A stretch of 64,000 nucleotides of DNA from assembly GCA_003971905.1 (NCBI GenBank), contig RSEE01000039.1:310001-374000 (forward strand), in the 5' to 3' direction. The position numbers were made by a program, and so were the translations under genes. Below are positions 27,102 through 41,500 of this stretch, in pieces; position 1 is the stretch's first letter; the number at the start of each line of letters is the position of its first letter. The stretch is from Moniliella sp. 'wahieum' (lineage: Eukaryota). Under the pieces are notes generated by a model that was given only the letters and a program-made list of their open reading frames with translations, was not told where the DNA came from and did no database searches.

Positions 27102-28551
27102 GAGCAGAAGATCCTCCCCCTCCCCCCTTGTTCCCCGCCCGAGCTCAGCCAGGGATAACGGCCGAGGCTAACCCACGTGCCTCGTGGGAAGGGACGTACC
27201 TTGCCGCAAGTGGTGCTCTCCTCCCAGTAGAGCGGAATGAGGACAACAAGACGGGTCACTTCAATCTGCTGCCCCATCCGAGTGAATGTCGGACTTCGCA
27301 AGCGGAAGGCTGTACTTATTGCGTCTGTCCAGTCCCTTGTCGAAATGGACAACATATGATGCCTCCCCTGTTTCTTTTTTAACGCCAGTTTCTCGACCAA
27401 TTAATTGATCTACTCTTACCTCTGTTTCCTCCTCGAGTTGTACATGTCATGTGTCCCGTCGGTTTATCCAATCTCTCTGAGAGCTCGCTGACAATTCATC
27501 ATCTGCTCGATGGGGCGTTCATACACCATTTATTACCGTCCCCTACCTTGCGCTGTAGTAGGCTGTGTATCTTTGGGCGTTTTGCTCGTGAATGTCTCTT
27601 TGCAGGTCTTTTGCATTGGAATCTCAATTACACCTCAGAATCACAATTACATGTGGGCTGTCGGGCCTACTTTTTCTCCTGCCACTGCTAAGGGCAGCAC
27701 TACACTCAGGTCATCGTGGCGGAGGTAGATATTGAGCAGAGCCTCCACCTCAGATGCCCCTTGGGGAACAGAGGTAGGGCTGGCTCCATGATTGGCGGAT
27801 AGGAACAGTAAATGTTTTGTAATACGATCGCGATGATGGGGCTCGCGTTGGGAAGGTTGTGCAACCAGCTATGCGGACGATGTCCCTGACAAGCAAACTC
27901 CGTTGGTAGCTGATAGGACCGCCAAGGCGGTTGTTGTGATGGCTGGACGCACGTCGCGAAAACGAATGAAGGCGCTAACCCTCGCGTCCTGGGACGGAAC
28001 AACTGGTGCGTAGTAGGGACACTGGCTGGAAAAGGGCCAGAAAGCCATCTTCTAATGGTAGACGTTGATTGAAGGAAGTAGCCGCCACCAGCACTATATG
28101 CGGTAGGATGGTGTCTTATGGCGCGGTCCCGGCCATGCGCGTTCAAGGATGTTGGTGGTGCAGACTCTGCGCCACATCAACGGCGTCAAATAGCCGTCGA
28201 TATGTGCTCCGAATGCGATGGCCGTCTCGTTTGTGTCGTCAAGAACACATCAAATGTCGCCAAAACTTCAACTTGTATAGTACCCACCGCAGGTGCCCTA
28301 CATGACAGACTCATTCTGGCAGAGATGTGATTGCACACAAACAGCAATGGCTGGCGCCTGCCATTCGGTTCATGTTGATATTACATTGGGTTGAACAACA
28401 AGGAGTGGGGATATGTCAGGAAACGGTGGTGGGCGTTGAGTCCATATGTGATGCGCGAGCAGCAGGCGCTAGAAGAAAGGGAGCGAAGTGCCAGGCATGG
28501 GAAGACCCCAATGTGGCAAACGAATTTGGATGTGGGATTATCAACTAGACG

Positions 28552-29739
28552 TTAAGCATGACGTCCCATCCCAATGAGGGAGAGAAACTCTTCCCGAGTC
28601 TTGGCCCGGTCATGGAACACCCCCCGCATGCAAGACGTGATTGTCCGTGAACCTGGCTTTTGCACGCCACGCATAGACATGCACATGTGTTCGGCTTCCA
28701 TCACGACTGCAACACCTTGGGGTGCCAAAGCTTCATCGAGAGCCAGGGCCACCTGTTTCGTCAGCCGCTCCTGCACCTGCAGGCGTCGCGAAAAGACTTC
28801 TGCGATCCGCGCCAATTTCGAGAGACCAATAACAAGGCGGTTGGGAATGTAGCCAATGTGGATCTTTCCGGTAAACGGTACAAGGTGGTGCTCGCACAGA
28901 CTCGAGATCGTAATGTCCTTGACGATCACCATCTCGTCGTGCTCCTCATTGAATATGGCATTCTTGATCACATCTGCACGAACGAAGGTCAAATTCACTC
29001 AAAGCAAAAGCATAGGCATCCAACTACCATCCAACTTGGTCTCTAGCCCCTCGTCATCCATAGCAGGGCTTTGGCGTAACGGGCGGGTGTTTCTTTGAGC
29101 CCAGGACGGCTAGGGTCTTCGCCCAAGCACTGCAAATGGTAGCCACCGCACCAGCCAGACGCGCCTGGTTGCCGCTGCCGCTGCAGGGGAGAAGTTAAGG
29201 CGATCCAGGGTCCGCGCCGCAGGCCACCCGAGGCCATTTTGGTCGATACTGGGCGTGCCTGCGTCGTCATCGCCCCCGAGTCTGGCACACCCCCCTCGGC
29301 CACCGGTGCGGTAGGGAGTCCATGAAGATGGGGCGCAGCAGCGTTCCGAAGGACGCGGGAAAGGGAAGAGGCGCGAGGGTCCTCCTGCCGACGTGGCTGA
29401 AGAGCGCGCTCGTGCTCATCGTCGTCCAACTGGGAAGCAGTGTACACGCTCGGGCGGGGGACGTACTCGGCCTCCCGTTGAGCCTGTGCGCGTTCCTGCG
29501 AGGCAAGGACATTCAATGTGCGTTCTAGAAGCGATGCAAGCGATGCCACATCGGCACTGGACGCGGACGGGGACGATATGCCATTCCCAAGGTTGGCCTG
29601 GGATGCAACGTCGCGTGGTTCCTTCCCCTTCCTGTTTTCCTTCATCCGATGGCATATTCAGACTTGACTGAAGAGTCTCGGCCTCATTGGATGGAGACTG
29701 TGCAAGAGAGGCTGCGTCCTTCACCTCCGACGGCGACAT
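28552..29739 (-). CDS. FOL2: GTP cyclohydrolase I; intron about 28973-29026
   Basis: [102 protein letters not shown]. Confidence 0.96.
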
Positions 29740-30413
29740 GGGTGCTGGGATGACGATGGTAGTCGCACGTGTTGGCGTAGGGAGGGGCCAGGGTGGGCTG
29801 GCTGCCGGTTGAAGGAAAAAATGTGGGATTCACAGCGACGTGAATCGGTGCAAGCCACCAGAGTACTAGGGTTCCGTCTGACGGCATTTGCCGCGGGAGT
29901 GCCTCTCTCTTTTATACGCCCCAGTCCCCAAGGAACGCCATCGCCATCACTGGATTAATGGCTCGAGTGGGACTCGAGTCCATGACTGATTGACCTACTG
30001 GGCCGCGTAACCATCACGCCACCAAATGGGGAGCAGCTGCAGGCCACAGTCTAGCATGTGATGGAGGTCAGTGTATTGTTGCCCCTAGTTGCTCTTTGCC
30101 GCCTGCTTGTTGCTGGAGATCCCACGGTGGATGGAAGGAATGGGCCGAGGGTGGCAAACGGCTCAGGCGCGGACATGGGGCGTGCGCCTCGTCTGGGCCC
30201 CCAAGCCCGGCTGGGAATAATAGCCGTCGAGCCAGTGCGGGGTGCGCTGGTGCGGTGCTCGGCGTAGGCAGCCAGCGGCAGGAGGCGACCGTTCGTTCCT
30301 TGCCTGCCGGCTGGGCGCTGCCGATTAATTAAATCCGCCGCAGGCATCAGCCGGCTGTAGCCGCCTCCCCCGCAGCCCGGCCAAGGGCGGGCTATTCGGG
30401 AGCAGCCCCGACA

Positions 30414-30493
30414 ATGGCTGGTTGGCAGCGGCACATGCGGCCCCCCCCCCACCACCATCCATTGGCGTCGCACCCATCCTGTGCTTGTGTTCC

Positions 30494-30524
<31 letters not shown>

Positions 30525-33500
30525 AGCACCATCTCCATCCTCATCCTCGCCACAACGCCCGCCACTGTCAGCGCATCCTGCCCCTGCACGATGCGCCGGT
30601 AAAGAATGGCAACAGACGAATATGCAGCACCCCTCTACGACCCCTCGGCTTGAGCTTCAGTCTCTCGTCCGACGCTAATCTCGCCGGCTCTTTTGATGCC
30701 AGCTCTTTCGCCGCACGCCGTCTCGGCATCGCCGTTTCCCTCGACCCTTCCCCCCCGGCGCCCGTCCTCGCGGACAGCGCCGACCCGCCACCCCCGCCCT
30801 CCGATGCCGGCACTGCCACCACTTCCTCCTCTCGCCGTGGCCGCCGCCGGCGCAGCTCTCTCTTCCCCGCCTCAGACGCGTTGGGTGCATCGGAACTCGT
30901 TCCCGAAAGCACATCGGTTGCATGGTGGCAGCGCCCTTCCCCCTCTGTTTCGGCCGCCCCCACGGTTCCGCCCTCGGCGCGTGCATCGCCCCCACGAATC
31001 CCCTCGCCTTCCACCTCGGACGCTGTGTCGGCCTCCCCGAACGTGCTCCAGCGCGGCGTTTCTCCTGCAGCCCAGTTTTTACTCAACTTCAACTCGCCCC
31101 CCACTTCGGCGGCGCCGATGTCTCCGAAGCATTCGCTCGCCTCGCCTCTCGATACGTCCCAACGTATGTCTTGTCCCCCCTGTTTGTTTTGTTTGTGTTA
31201 TAGCGAACTGACACCTTCTGCATGCAGCCATTTTGCCCTCTCATCCCTCTTTCACCTCGGATGCTTGGGGCCACGACCCACGTCGCCGATTCAGTGACGC
31301 AGTCACCTACGCACCCTTCTCGTCGGGTTAGTGGGATGGGCGCCCGCGTCGGTCCCAAAGGGAGGTACCTTCTCGGGCAGGTCATCGGGTATGGCGGTTT
31401 CTCCACCATTCGTGAAGTTTTTGATGTGGGCGACGCACCTGGCAGCCCGACGCACCAATCCCATTCGCCCTTCGGCTCTGCCACCTTAGCAGGCAAGTTG
31501 ATTTATTCGGACGAACGGGGAGCTGGAGTTGGGGGAACGCTGGCCCAAGCCAAGGCACCCAACACTGGTGATGATTGGATGAGTGAGGAGATGGCGCTGT
31601 GGCGTGCGTTACCGGCCAACGCACACCTACTGGAGCTCATCTGGTATGAGCGAATCACTCTTGACCCATCCAACCCCAACCCCCTCTAAGGAGAACATGA
31701 CTGACCCATGTGGACGTGCTTATTATGCCTCTGTGCGACGCCGGCTCCCTACTGGACTATGTGCGGAACGAAGGAGTCCCCAAGCCGTTGGTTGGGTCCC
31801 ATGCTGTTTCGGGCCGGGGCTCATCAATGTCGCGCCGCTCCACGTCTGTTACGCACGCTCCCAGCCCGATGCTTAGTACCGTTCCTCAGTCGAGGGGAAC
31901 CTCGGTTTCTCGCCCCCACCCAGTATCCGACACAAGGCGACGGGCATCAGTGGTTTCATTCCCCAGAGTCCAACTGCTGAGCCCGAACGCCGTGCCGCGG
32001 CGGACGCCTGTACAGCGCCGCCACCGGTGCATATCGGTCCAGTATCAATTGTGACTTACCCAGTGCTCATTCATCTTTTAGTGGTCCCTCGGCTCGCACA
32101 GCATCCCTGCGTAGGGTCGGATCTGTGGCCTCGGCCCCCCGCAGCCGAGGACTGCCCCTTTCGGTCGCTAGGGATGTTTTTCTGCAAGTGACGGAGGGTG
32201 TGCGTACTCTGCATGGAGCCCATGTGGTGCACAACGACATCAAGCTCGACAATATCCTGGGCATGATGTCCGATACGGGGGACGATGAACCCGGTGAGAA
32301 TGTGGCGGTGGTGTGGAAGATTAGTGATTTTGGTTTAGCCAGCCGTGCGGAGAAGGAAACGAACCGGCTCCATCTTCCCGGTTGGTTACGGCGAACCCAC
32401 ACTTGGTCGGGCGGCGTGTACTGGCACGTGGTGGATCGATGCCGTATTGTGCGCCAGAACTACTGCGTGACCAAGATGGAAGAGAGTCGTCGAGCGGAAC
32501 GACGCCTTCCCATGGTTACGCTGTGACATGTGGGCACTTGGGTGTGTCCTCTACGCCCTCTTGTCTGGACGCCTTCCGTTCCGTGACCAGTTCGAGCCAC
32601 GCCTTCAGGCCAAGATCCAAAAGGGGAATGGGAAATGCCCGTACGACTGCGCGTCGAACCCCCCCTTTGGGGTCGGGTCCAGGCTTGGACATGGGGCGGT
32701 GGCCCGCAAGTACTGCCCCTTTCGTCTGCTGGCCTTTCATTGGCTAGGGCGCGAAGCCAGCTGGAGCGCTCGGGAGTTGGGGTTCGCGGTTCGCTAACGT
32801 GTCTGGTCATGGCCGCAACTTGTCGGGGAGTGCCATCACGATGCCTTCCCCCCTTGCGCAACTTCCAACGGAAGACTTGTCGGTATCCACGCCTGCGCTT
32901 CCACATTCAATGGTTCGTCGTGCAACCGAGTCCCTTGGCTCCTCTGCACCTCCATGGGCAGGCAAGGTCACTTCGCCAAACGAACAAGAGGAAGAGAGTG
33001 ATCCGGACCCAATGTCCGATGATGAACAGGGAGAAGATGACATATTTTGGGACGGATCGTCAGCGGAGCGTGTGTGGGTCCGGCAAGTTCTTCGTGGCCT
33101 ATTGTGTCGTGACCCGGCGCAGCGGTGGGATGTGGAGCAGCTGGCCCGGTCCCGTTGGCTTAACCTTCCCGATGAACAGGCATTGGATTTCCCGCCCTCC
33201 AGCCCACGAGAGGTGCGCAATCCACCGCAGGGGAACCTATCACTCTTGCGCCCCCTCTCGCCGGCTGCCACCCCTTCCTCCCACAGGAAGAAGAGATCCA
33301 CCTCTTCTGCCAGGTGCCAAGAGCACGGTGGCCGAAGAATTGACAGGCATTCTCGCACCAGCATCCATCCCGCGACTCTCTTCCCTTTCTCGGATTCGTC
33401 GCTCATAAGGGACCGCATGAGCTCCCCATGGCTGTCCCTTGGACCCAGGAATCGCATGCCCAAGCGGAGGGGACCACCCTGGCACCCACACGCCCCTTGA

Positions 33501-33916
33501 CATTCCTCGCAAGGCCAAGCCTGGGGTTGCAGCGCGCGCGCCTTCGCAATCTCAGTCGCTTGTCGTGCAAACTGGGTGGCCAGAGGCTTTGGCCGGACTG
33601 GGCATGCCTGCCTTCCTGGATGAGCCACGGGGCCGAGCGGCGGTGCGAGGACGAGGGCAATCGGTTGACTCGGGTTCCGTCTCTCGATCCCGCTCCCGCT
33701 TCCGCACGGCCACCGCCGGCTTGGACCGGTACCCGCGCCCATCGCCGATCTCTGTCCCGTTCCCGGACACGCGCGGACGAGGCACTGGCGTCCTTGTTGG
33801 ATGGCAATCAGCCCCGCTGGGCCTCATCCGACCCTCCCCACCCGGACGAACTGGCACGTAGCCACCCGCCGCTGAAGGAAGACGAAACCCTCGTTTTGCC
33901 TCGTCCACATGGTTGA
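30414..33916 (+). CDS. Ser/Thr protein kinase with long low-complexity insertions (possibly Nnk1-like); ends approximate
   Basis: YLLGQVIGYGGFSTIRE, MPLCDAGSLLDYV, VHNDIKLDN, WKISDFGLA, GGSMPYCAPELL, DMWALGCVLYALLSGRLPFRDQFEPRLQAKI, GLLCRDPAQRW; intron about 31164-31228. Confidence 0.85.
30494..30523 (+). repeat. (GTCCTC)n microsatellite, 5 copies
   Basis: Read directly. Confidence 0.9.
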
Positions 33917-34093
33917 CCTCCCCTCTCACCCTCTCCTCCCCATTAGTTTGTATAGAACGCTGAAATGTTCTCCACTTGGGCCCCCCCCCCCCCCCCCCAA
34001 CCCGCCTCTGCACCATGGAGGAGAATTAAATGACTTAATACCATTCGTCCTCACGGTTAGCGGCTATACTCAGTGCACTCCCGTAGCCGCTCT

Positions 34094-36593
34094 TGTCACG
34101 GGGCGACGATAAGTTGCTTTGCACAGTCATCTCCACTTCCTTATCGTCGCTCTCGCTTCTCGGCTTCTCTTCCTATCACTACTCAAGCTTCAAGTTGCCT
34201 ATATCTTTCGTCATCGTGACTCGGATTCTCGGCGTATCTATAAAACCCACAACAATTATCTCTTTTCTCCGCTCACGCTCGTCTACTAAATCCAAAACAC
34301 CCTACATGTCATCGGGCGAGCCCCGAGACGGAGAGCCCGACCCCGGAATTTAGGGGTGAAAGCCCTTGGACATGGCATTAGAGTACGTACGTTCGGTCCT
34401 GCTTCAGATCCTGGTGAACCGAGCGGGTGTAGAGGCAAGGGAGAGACCCTCTAGTTTGGGTGGCTGCGTGCAAAGACCGCAGCTCAAACCCTCCGAGCTA
34501 GGAGCCCCGTACGTAGGTCGTAAGACCAATTGAAAGGGTCCAGGATCTCTGAAGTTACTCTGTTCCTCTCGGCGTTACCACACTCAGTACGTTCTAGTAT
34601 GCGGGAACAGACAGAGTCCTAAAGAAGAGCAAGCGCTACTGATAGTAACCGCAGCTTGCAGAGTGGTCGAAGTAAGCCGTAAATTCGTAAGCATAAGGGT
34701 GAAGTGTGGAGAGGGAAGTCGGGGGGAAGACGTGGGTTGTACGGTGAGGATCACCGTCAGCAAGTCTCAGAGCGTGCTTCTTTATACCGTAACATCAGAA
34801 CAGGCATCAACAGAAGAATGGCGGGAATCTACAATAGTAAGAGGTAAGGAACGGCCTGTTCTGCCCATCATACTGCGATCTGTTGGGCGCAGTAGATGCG
34901 GGGTTCTACCAAGAGTGGGCGCCGCGGATACGAAGCTTCGTACCGTTAGTAAGTCCGGTCCTTTCCTGGCTCACCACGGAAAATATCAGCCGGGGCAAAA
35001 ATTGTCCAAGTCTGACTCTTACTCACCATTGTCGCGGGGCTGGCGTGTGCTTCATGAGATCATGAGAGTTCTACGAAATGCGAGGCTCGGTGTCCGGAGT
35101 CAATGACCGGAGCGCCCCGTAAACTACACATCGTTTCGACTCGGTTTATCGCCTCGTTCTGCGTACGTGATGCTTTTTTTAACGACGTGTGCGTCTGAGT
35201 ATTGAAGGGCTGGGGCTTCGCTCCGGCCTTCCCCCGTGTTGGTGGCGACCGCTCACGGCCATCTTTCCCCTCTGATCCACCGTTCCATATGCCCCTTAAC
35301 CTCATTATCCACCCCGTTCCATAGGCCACTTTCCCCACTCGTCCCCGCTGTTCATCGTTCCATCGTCAACAGAGAGACATCCGCTCCCACATGCAACATA
35401 AGTTAACATTCCATCATATTCACTGTTGTGCAGTGTGGCGCGGCACGCCGTTCCGTCGTCCGCAGCAGGAACGTGCGGGAGTCAGAAGCAGGAAAGCGCG
35501 GCTGGTGTGGCACCCAGAAAATTAGGCGAAAGCCTGTCCAGCCCCAGAGCTCAATCCGTCCGTCACATATCTCAGTAGATGGAGAGCCAGGCTGGGTTGC
35601 TGATGGATATGAGGCGCTTGCTCTTGGCTACTCTCGGCTTTCAAGGAGCCCCCCTTAGCGCGCTTTCCTTGGGCAGGATGGAGTAACCCGGCTTCCGTCG
35701 TCGCCACCTTCGCCACCGGTGCGCGGCCAACATTGTTGATCGGGGACCGTACCCACCCACGCAGCAACCATTTGGTTGTCTTCACCTTGGCCACAGTTCC
35801 ATCGGCCATTGGCCCTTCTGGGCCACCGTACCCACCGGAGGACCGATGGTTGCAGGTTGTCGATGGATGGCACTCCTCTGAGTCCTGGCTGCTGCTGCAT
35901 ATGGGAGCCCCGCCTCGTGCACCTTGTTGGGCAGGATGGACCAACGTAGTCACCGGCGCGCCACCTTAACCACCCTTCCATGACCCACAGCATTGATCGG
36001 TAACCGTAGCCACCATAGCACTGTTCTGTTGACGACCGTTCCATTGTCCTACAGTGATCGTTCACCAGAGCCACGGCAGCCACTGTTTCCTCCTGTCCAT
36101 CCACCCTGCTGGGCCACCGGAGCCACAGATTGACCGTTTCATCACCGTCCGGATTGTGCCTCGCGTGCTTGGTGCTCACTTCTTCTCCCTTTGACTCGTT
36201 TCCCCTTTTTTGTAGACCTGCTGGTCTTTCCTTTGTTCCCCTTCTCTTCTATAAAACCAGCATCAGTTGTGATGGCCTAGTCAAGCGGCCCACCATTCAC
36301 TTTTCCCCTCATCCTTCTTCTGACGAACAACTCCACTCTAGAAGAACCACCTTTTCGATCGGCTCGTTTGCCCTCCCTCGCCCATCGGGACTCCCCGCCT
36401 CTCGTTCGGCCCCTAACGTGCAACCTCCTCATGTCGGGCTCTGCCCGACGAACACCAAAGCACTACTCGCGACCATCCTACCTTCACACCAGTGTTTCTT
36501 GGACTTTGGATCTGAAACGCGTTCATCCTCCGTGAGTCTTGTCTCCGATGGGCAGGGAACGTTTCCCCCTGGGAAGCCAGCGACCCCGTTACA
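34094..36593. mobile_element. Solo-LTR-like element split into two parts (34094-~34175 and ~36295-36593) by about 2.1 kb of other degenerate, probably TE-derived DNA
   Basis: The left part matches the start and the right part matches the remainder of the contiguous copy at 46055-46455; termini TGTCACGGGG and CCCCGTTACA form an imperfect inverted repeat. Confidence 0.7.
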
Positions 36594-37588
36594 CTTCTTT
36601 TGTAAACCGAGGAATAGGATCAGCATACTATACAGCCCATGTTTGTTCTTTTAGCAGGCACTAGTAGGATTAGTAGGAGTTTCCGGGGACGGTGTGCCCT
36701 TAATCGACGGCCCGTCCTGCCCGCGGTAGTAGATATGGGGACGTTCCAAACTCAGTCTGAAGGCGGCACATTCTGATGGTCAGGGAGATGGGATGAAACT
36801 GTATAGTTTGGGGAACCCTCGTGAGCTCGATGGGCACAGTTGAAAGAATTGTGGCTACTATCATATAAAGACTGCAGGCAAGCGAAGTACAATCCTTGAT
36901 GGTTTTCTACCTTCTATGCCTCGCTCAAAAGCCATATCGAATCGCTAAGTGATGGACAGGTACAGTCGCGCAATACCAGACTGTGATTACGCCGATTGTA
37001 TGCCCGAGTACACGAATCTATTGCTACGAGTTCCTAGTGCAGACGAGCAATTTGTGATCAACATGCACTAATATACAATCTGAAATCCCCTCCCTACTCT
37101 TGTTGGCACACAAATGACAAGAGTATTCACCCGCAATACCAGCTCATAGGAATGGTATGTGGTTATAATGGGGGACGGCGATGAGGAAGGTCGGTAAAGT
37201 TGGCATTGGGAAGAAATAGACGGCGGTAGAAACGGGTATACGTCTACGAGATCATAGCACACGATCCGTCATGCATGATGGAGCTCCTGATAAGGGCGTG
37301 CGGACCAACAAAATAAGGAAAAGAAAGGAGGGCAGAGGGAAAAGGAAAGAAACGCCCTACGGGTAAATGGGGGGGGGGATATGAACCAACAGGTATACGT
37401 CAAGGCACCAAAGAACCACTGCATAGGATCCAATGACACCATCAGAGAAGTTGGTCATCAAAGTGAACAGACCTTCAGTAACTCCAACGGATAGGAAAAC
37501 CGAAGTTCCCCACGCCTGAGGGAGGTGAGGGAGAGCAAGGGTGGAAAAGGGGGCATAATATAATGTGAACCATGTACACCTCTCGTCT

Positions 37589-38587
37589 TTAGGCCTCCTC
37601 GGCTTCCTTGGTGGTAGCCGGCGCCGCCGCCTCGGCAGGGGCAGCCGAGGCAACGCCCGGGACGGTCTCGGGGGAAGCAAAGATGGAAGCCTTGCTCGAG
37701 AAGAGACCAAAGCGTTCGTAGTCGACACCCGAGACGCAGAAGACAAGTAACACAGGGAGAGGGACTTGGCAACCATGTCAAGCACACCGTAGTAGATGAA
37801 CTCGCCGTCGGGGGAAATGACGTTGCCGCCTTCGGCCATCGCCCAGGCAATAATATACACCACCGTCCACACGGCAAAGCCAGTAACAACGGGAAGGTAC
37901 GCCCAGAACACATCCTTGCCCGCCTTCCTGCAAGCCAGCAGCGCCGGGCCAAACAGCACCCATAGCACGCCCGACATGGCCGCCACGCCAATCGTGAAAT
38001 AGCCCCACTTGTAACTGCTGGCAGTCAGGGTGCCACCCAGGGCACAAAGTACAGCGACCGTCTCAACGAAGACCGTCATGAAGATGGTCGAAAGGGGAAC
38101 GGGCGAGACAAGAAGAATGGCAATGATAACAAAGGGGGTCGAAATAAGCCAGTCAAGGTAGCGCGAGAGCCTAAGAACACCCAACTGTTAGGATAACCGT
38201 GACATGGAAACAGGAGCGAACATATATGACGAGAACGCCGGATAAAAACGTACCAAACGGCCCGCGTCGCGGCATGGTTCGTGCCGCTGCCTTTGCCCGT
38301 CCAGGAGCCCGAGCGGAACTCGACCGTGACAGGGAGCCCGCCGATGTCGGAAGCAAGCGTATACCAGTTGAGCATGCTGCAGGCCAGGGTAGCAGCCACG
38401 AGGTAGTTAAAGGTACGGTGACCACGGTTCACGGAGAAAATGTGTACAACGACAAGCCCAAAAAGACAACGGCTTGAACCGCAAAGACGGCCCAGGCAAA
38501 GTCCGAGCCGTGCGAGTTGACAGTGACATCGGCGGCGACGGGGTTCGTCTTCACCGAGTCGCGTGGAGAGAGCCAGGCGTCAGACAT
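37589..38587 (-). CDS. Microbial (type 1) rhodopsin-family 7-TM protein, paralogue A; intron 38171-38253
   Basis: GSDFAWAVFAV, W|LSRYLDWLISTPFVIIA (helix C), SSYKWGYF, YIIAWAMAEGGNVISPDGEFIYYGVLDMVAK (helix G DxxxK). Confidence 0.9.
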
Positions 38588-41500
38588 TGTAGTGTAGGCA
38601 GCTGAAGGAAAGAAAAAAAAGGCGCGCAAGGGGGTGTGGTGAAGAACGGGTGGGGAAGCAGCGAGAGGAGTTGGCTGGGTTACTGAGGTGGTAGGGGTAG
38701 AGGGAAACGCGACGAAAGCCGGTGTATGGGGGGATGGGCTGGATGGGACGGAGGGGGGGCAAGTATATATATCCCATGGACCCAATTAATGTGGGCCTGT
38801 GTTGGCTACTCTACCATCAGTCGTGCGCAGGCCGAGGCAGAGAGTGCGGTAGATCCTGGCGGGCAGGGGGCAGCTGGGCTATGGCTACCGTAGTAACTCG
38901 ATGCCGTCGGGTGGCTCCGCGCTGCTCAACAGCCAGGATCCTGGCAGGACGTGCGTGATGGGAGAGCCGGGCACGGAGCTTCAGTATGTTCTTCCTCACA
39001 GGCGCCTCGGCGATGGATACAGTAGTGCCAAGCGCAAACCGACCATAAAGCGCTCGGGCCTCGGGCCCAGTGCGGATGGGTGCTCTCCGCGCGCTCATTA
39101 CTCAGTAGCTGCTTCTGCCCCGACTTTCTTGCCGCGCCTTCACACAGACTTCACTTTCCAACCCTCGGTCCCGGGAGCAGGCCGGCAGGGCGTAGCAGAC
39201 CTAGTATTGCCCAATGGGTCAACAATGTTCTCTAGTCATTAATAGTCACTCTTCAAGCTTCACTACGTTCTGAGCGCCGATCCTCTCACAGGGCTGCGCC
39301 GGCCGAGCGCAACAGCATTCGGGCCACTCTTGCCTCCATTGCGGGTTGGGTCGGGATGGGCTGTAGGCCTTTGTGAGCTCAGGCCCTCAGGCCCATTCTC
39401 ATGTAGCGCGCTGCGCTTGAGCAAGGTAGCAGCACATGCCCTGGGGAAACACTGACATCTGAGAGGTGATGTACTGGTGCGCCGCGAGGCCGAGGGGCAT
39501 ATGGATGGACATGAACAATGTGATGAAGATTCACATATTCACAGGACTCTTCATGCACCTTATACGCACTTCCTGATGGACAACCAGTCAACGTCAACAC
39601 GTTCCGCGCCGCGGCTCCAGGCTGATCCGCATCGTATCCACACGGACCAGGAGTGGGCACATGCGCCCCCCGGGTCGCGGGTGGAAAAGGTCGTCAGATC
39701 CAGACCTCAGACATGAGCATCACAGAATGAACATCAGTGCATCAGCAGGGGCATCAGCATCATGAACATCCACATGAGCATCAGCGGCTGCCCTAGGATC
39801 CCTGGGCCCTCTCCCCGTACCCACATTAGATCACGCCAGTTTGTGTTATACCCTGTGAGATTGGAGGATCTGAGGTCTGCCGCATGCAGCTAGTAACTAG
39901 TAACTAGTAGTACAGCGTGAAGGCCAGCGCAATATGAGTGCTGCGCTCAGGCTGAGCGCTGCCTCACGGGCGTGTGACATGGGACGTGTGATATGTGGCA
40001 AGACAGTGTCACATGCCTGGCGTGTCACATGTCAGGGGACAAGCATGCGGGGTGTGTGCGGAGACTTTTTTTTCAACAGGACAGCCACCTGGGGGGACTT
40101 TTTGCGCAGACTCAGCATGAAGAGTGACTAGTGACTGAGACTCAGGACTCCGTGTTAGTTGAACGTTGAACGCTGAGTTGAGTACTCACACTGTACGCTC
40201 AGCCTGAGCGCTCAGTCTGAGCGGCTGAAGCTGCACTCAGCGCGCAGTGCGCACCCAGCACTGACTATGCTCTGGTACACTCCCAGCCCCCAGCCTCGAC
40301 GCCAATGGCCGGATTTTTTAGATGCAATGAGGCCAGAGGAGGTGTGGGGCGCGCGCTTAAAAAGCTTCTTCACGAAAGCTGTCGCGTACCGTGCTTTCGA
40401 CGGAGACAAAAAGAGGTCAATTCGTCAAGCATTCGATTTCTTCCATGCATTCGGTCTCCTTCGCCATATGTGTACAGCACGTGCACTGGTGGGTGTGTTC
40501 GCGGCTTTCTTCAGTCTACAGCCAAAAATGATGAATTAGTTACTAGAAAAAAGTGCTGACATAGTGTGCGACCTGAAGAGTCGATAACAATGGTACTGAA
40601 TTGAAGCTCGGTCCAACGGTCTGAAGAGACGATAGGAAACATATGGACTGTAAATTCAATACTACACTTTGGGACGTTCAAAAGGAGGACAGGAGACGGG
40701 TCTGGACGGGAACAAGACGTGAACAGACGGCTGCATTTTTCAATCCAAGGAGAGCGGCGAGAAACGATGTATGTCACTCATGTCATTAAATCATGAATGA
40801 TGAATCATTGGCGGCCTCCACAAAAGGGGGCAGGGGTGTGGCAGGATGTGGCCGGGGGGGAGGGATCTGTAGATGGATCGGTCACCTAAACGTAGCGCCC
40901 ACTTGCGAGAAGCGGAGGCAAAAGGGGACGTGTGATGTTTGGGCTATGATATAGGAACGTTGGCGTGCAGACTACTAGTCACTAATAGTCAAGCTACTCA
41001 CCAACCACACTATATAGTTAGTCCCACGCGCAGCCTCGTTCGGCTCCGGTTCGCTGCCAAGCCGCAAGAGCAGGCAATAGCGCCGACCAGCGCCTAGCGC
41101 CTAATAACCGGCAACCCACGTCACTGTGTGACGTGAAGGGTGGTGGGACAGTGAGCGCTGAGGCGCTGAGGCCTGAGGGCCAGTGTTGTGCAATTAGGTT
41201 CTCCACAAAGTACGACAAAAATGTTTTCGGCCCGACCTCATCCGGCGCCATCCCCTGCTGCCTCCTGCCGCACTCGGTTCTGGTGGACAGCCAAAGTGGC
41301 GTGACATGTGACATGTGGCATCTACCCGGCCTGCGATAGATGACAGTGATATTGACCGCGCCACACAGCGTTTTCAACCGTCTTCTCGGAACAGCCAGTC
41401 GCACACCTCATATATGGCCTCGGCCTCATATCCCAACCCGTGTGACAGCGTCATGATGCATGATGTGAATGATGCATGAGTGCATGAGATGAGAGCCAAC

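Noticed and set aside
27700..28330. Short ORFs between the RhoGAP and FOL2
   Set aside because: No recognisable motif, splice pattern or codon bias.
11588..33916. Frameshifts in TEF1, PCT1, CLA4, SLY1, RhoGAP, FOL2 and the kinase as mass pseudogenisation or programmed frameshifting
   Set aside because: They are short indels, often in homopolymer runs, in essential and otherwise conserved genes; uncorrected long-read error is far more likely.
40267..40777. Short ORFs between the rhodopsin genes, one faintly transposase-like (FSTIVIDSSGRTLCQHFFLV)
   Set aside because: Too short and weak to call without a profile search.
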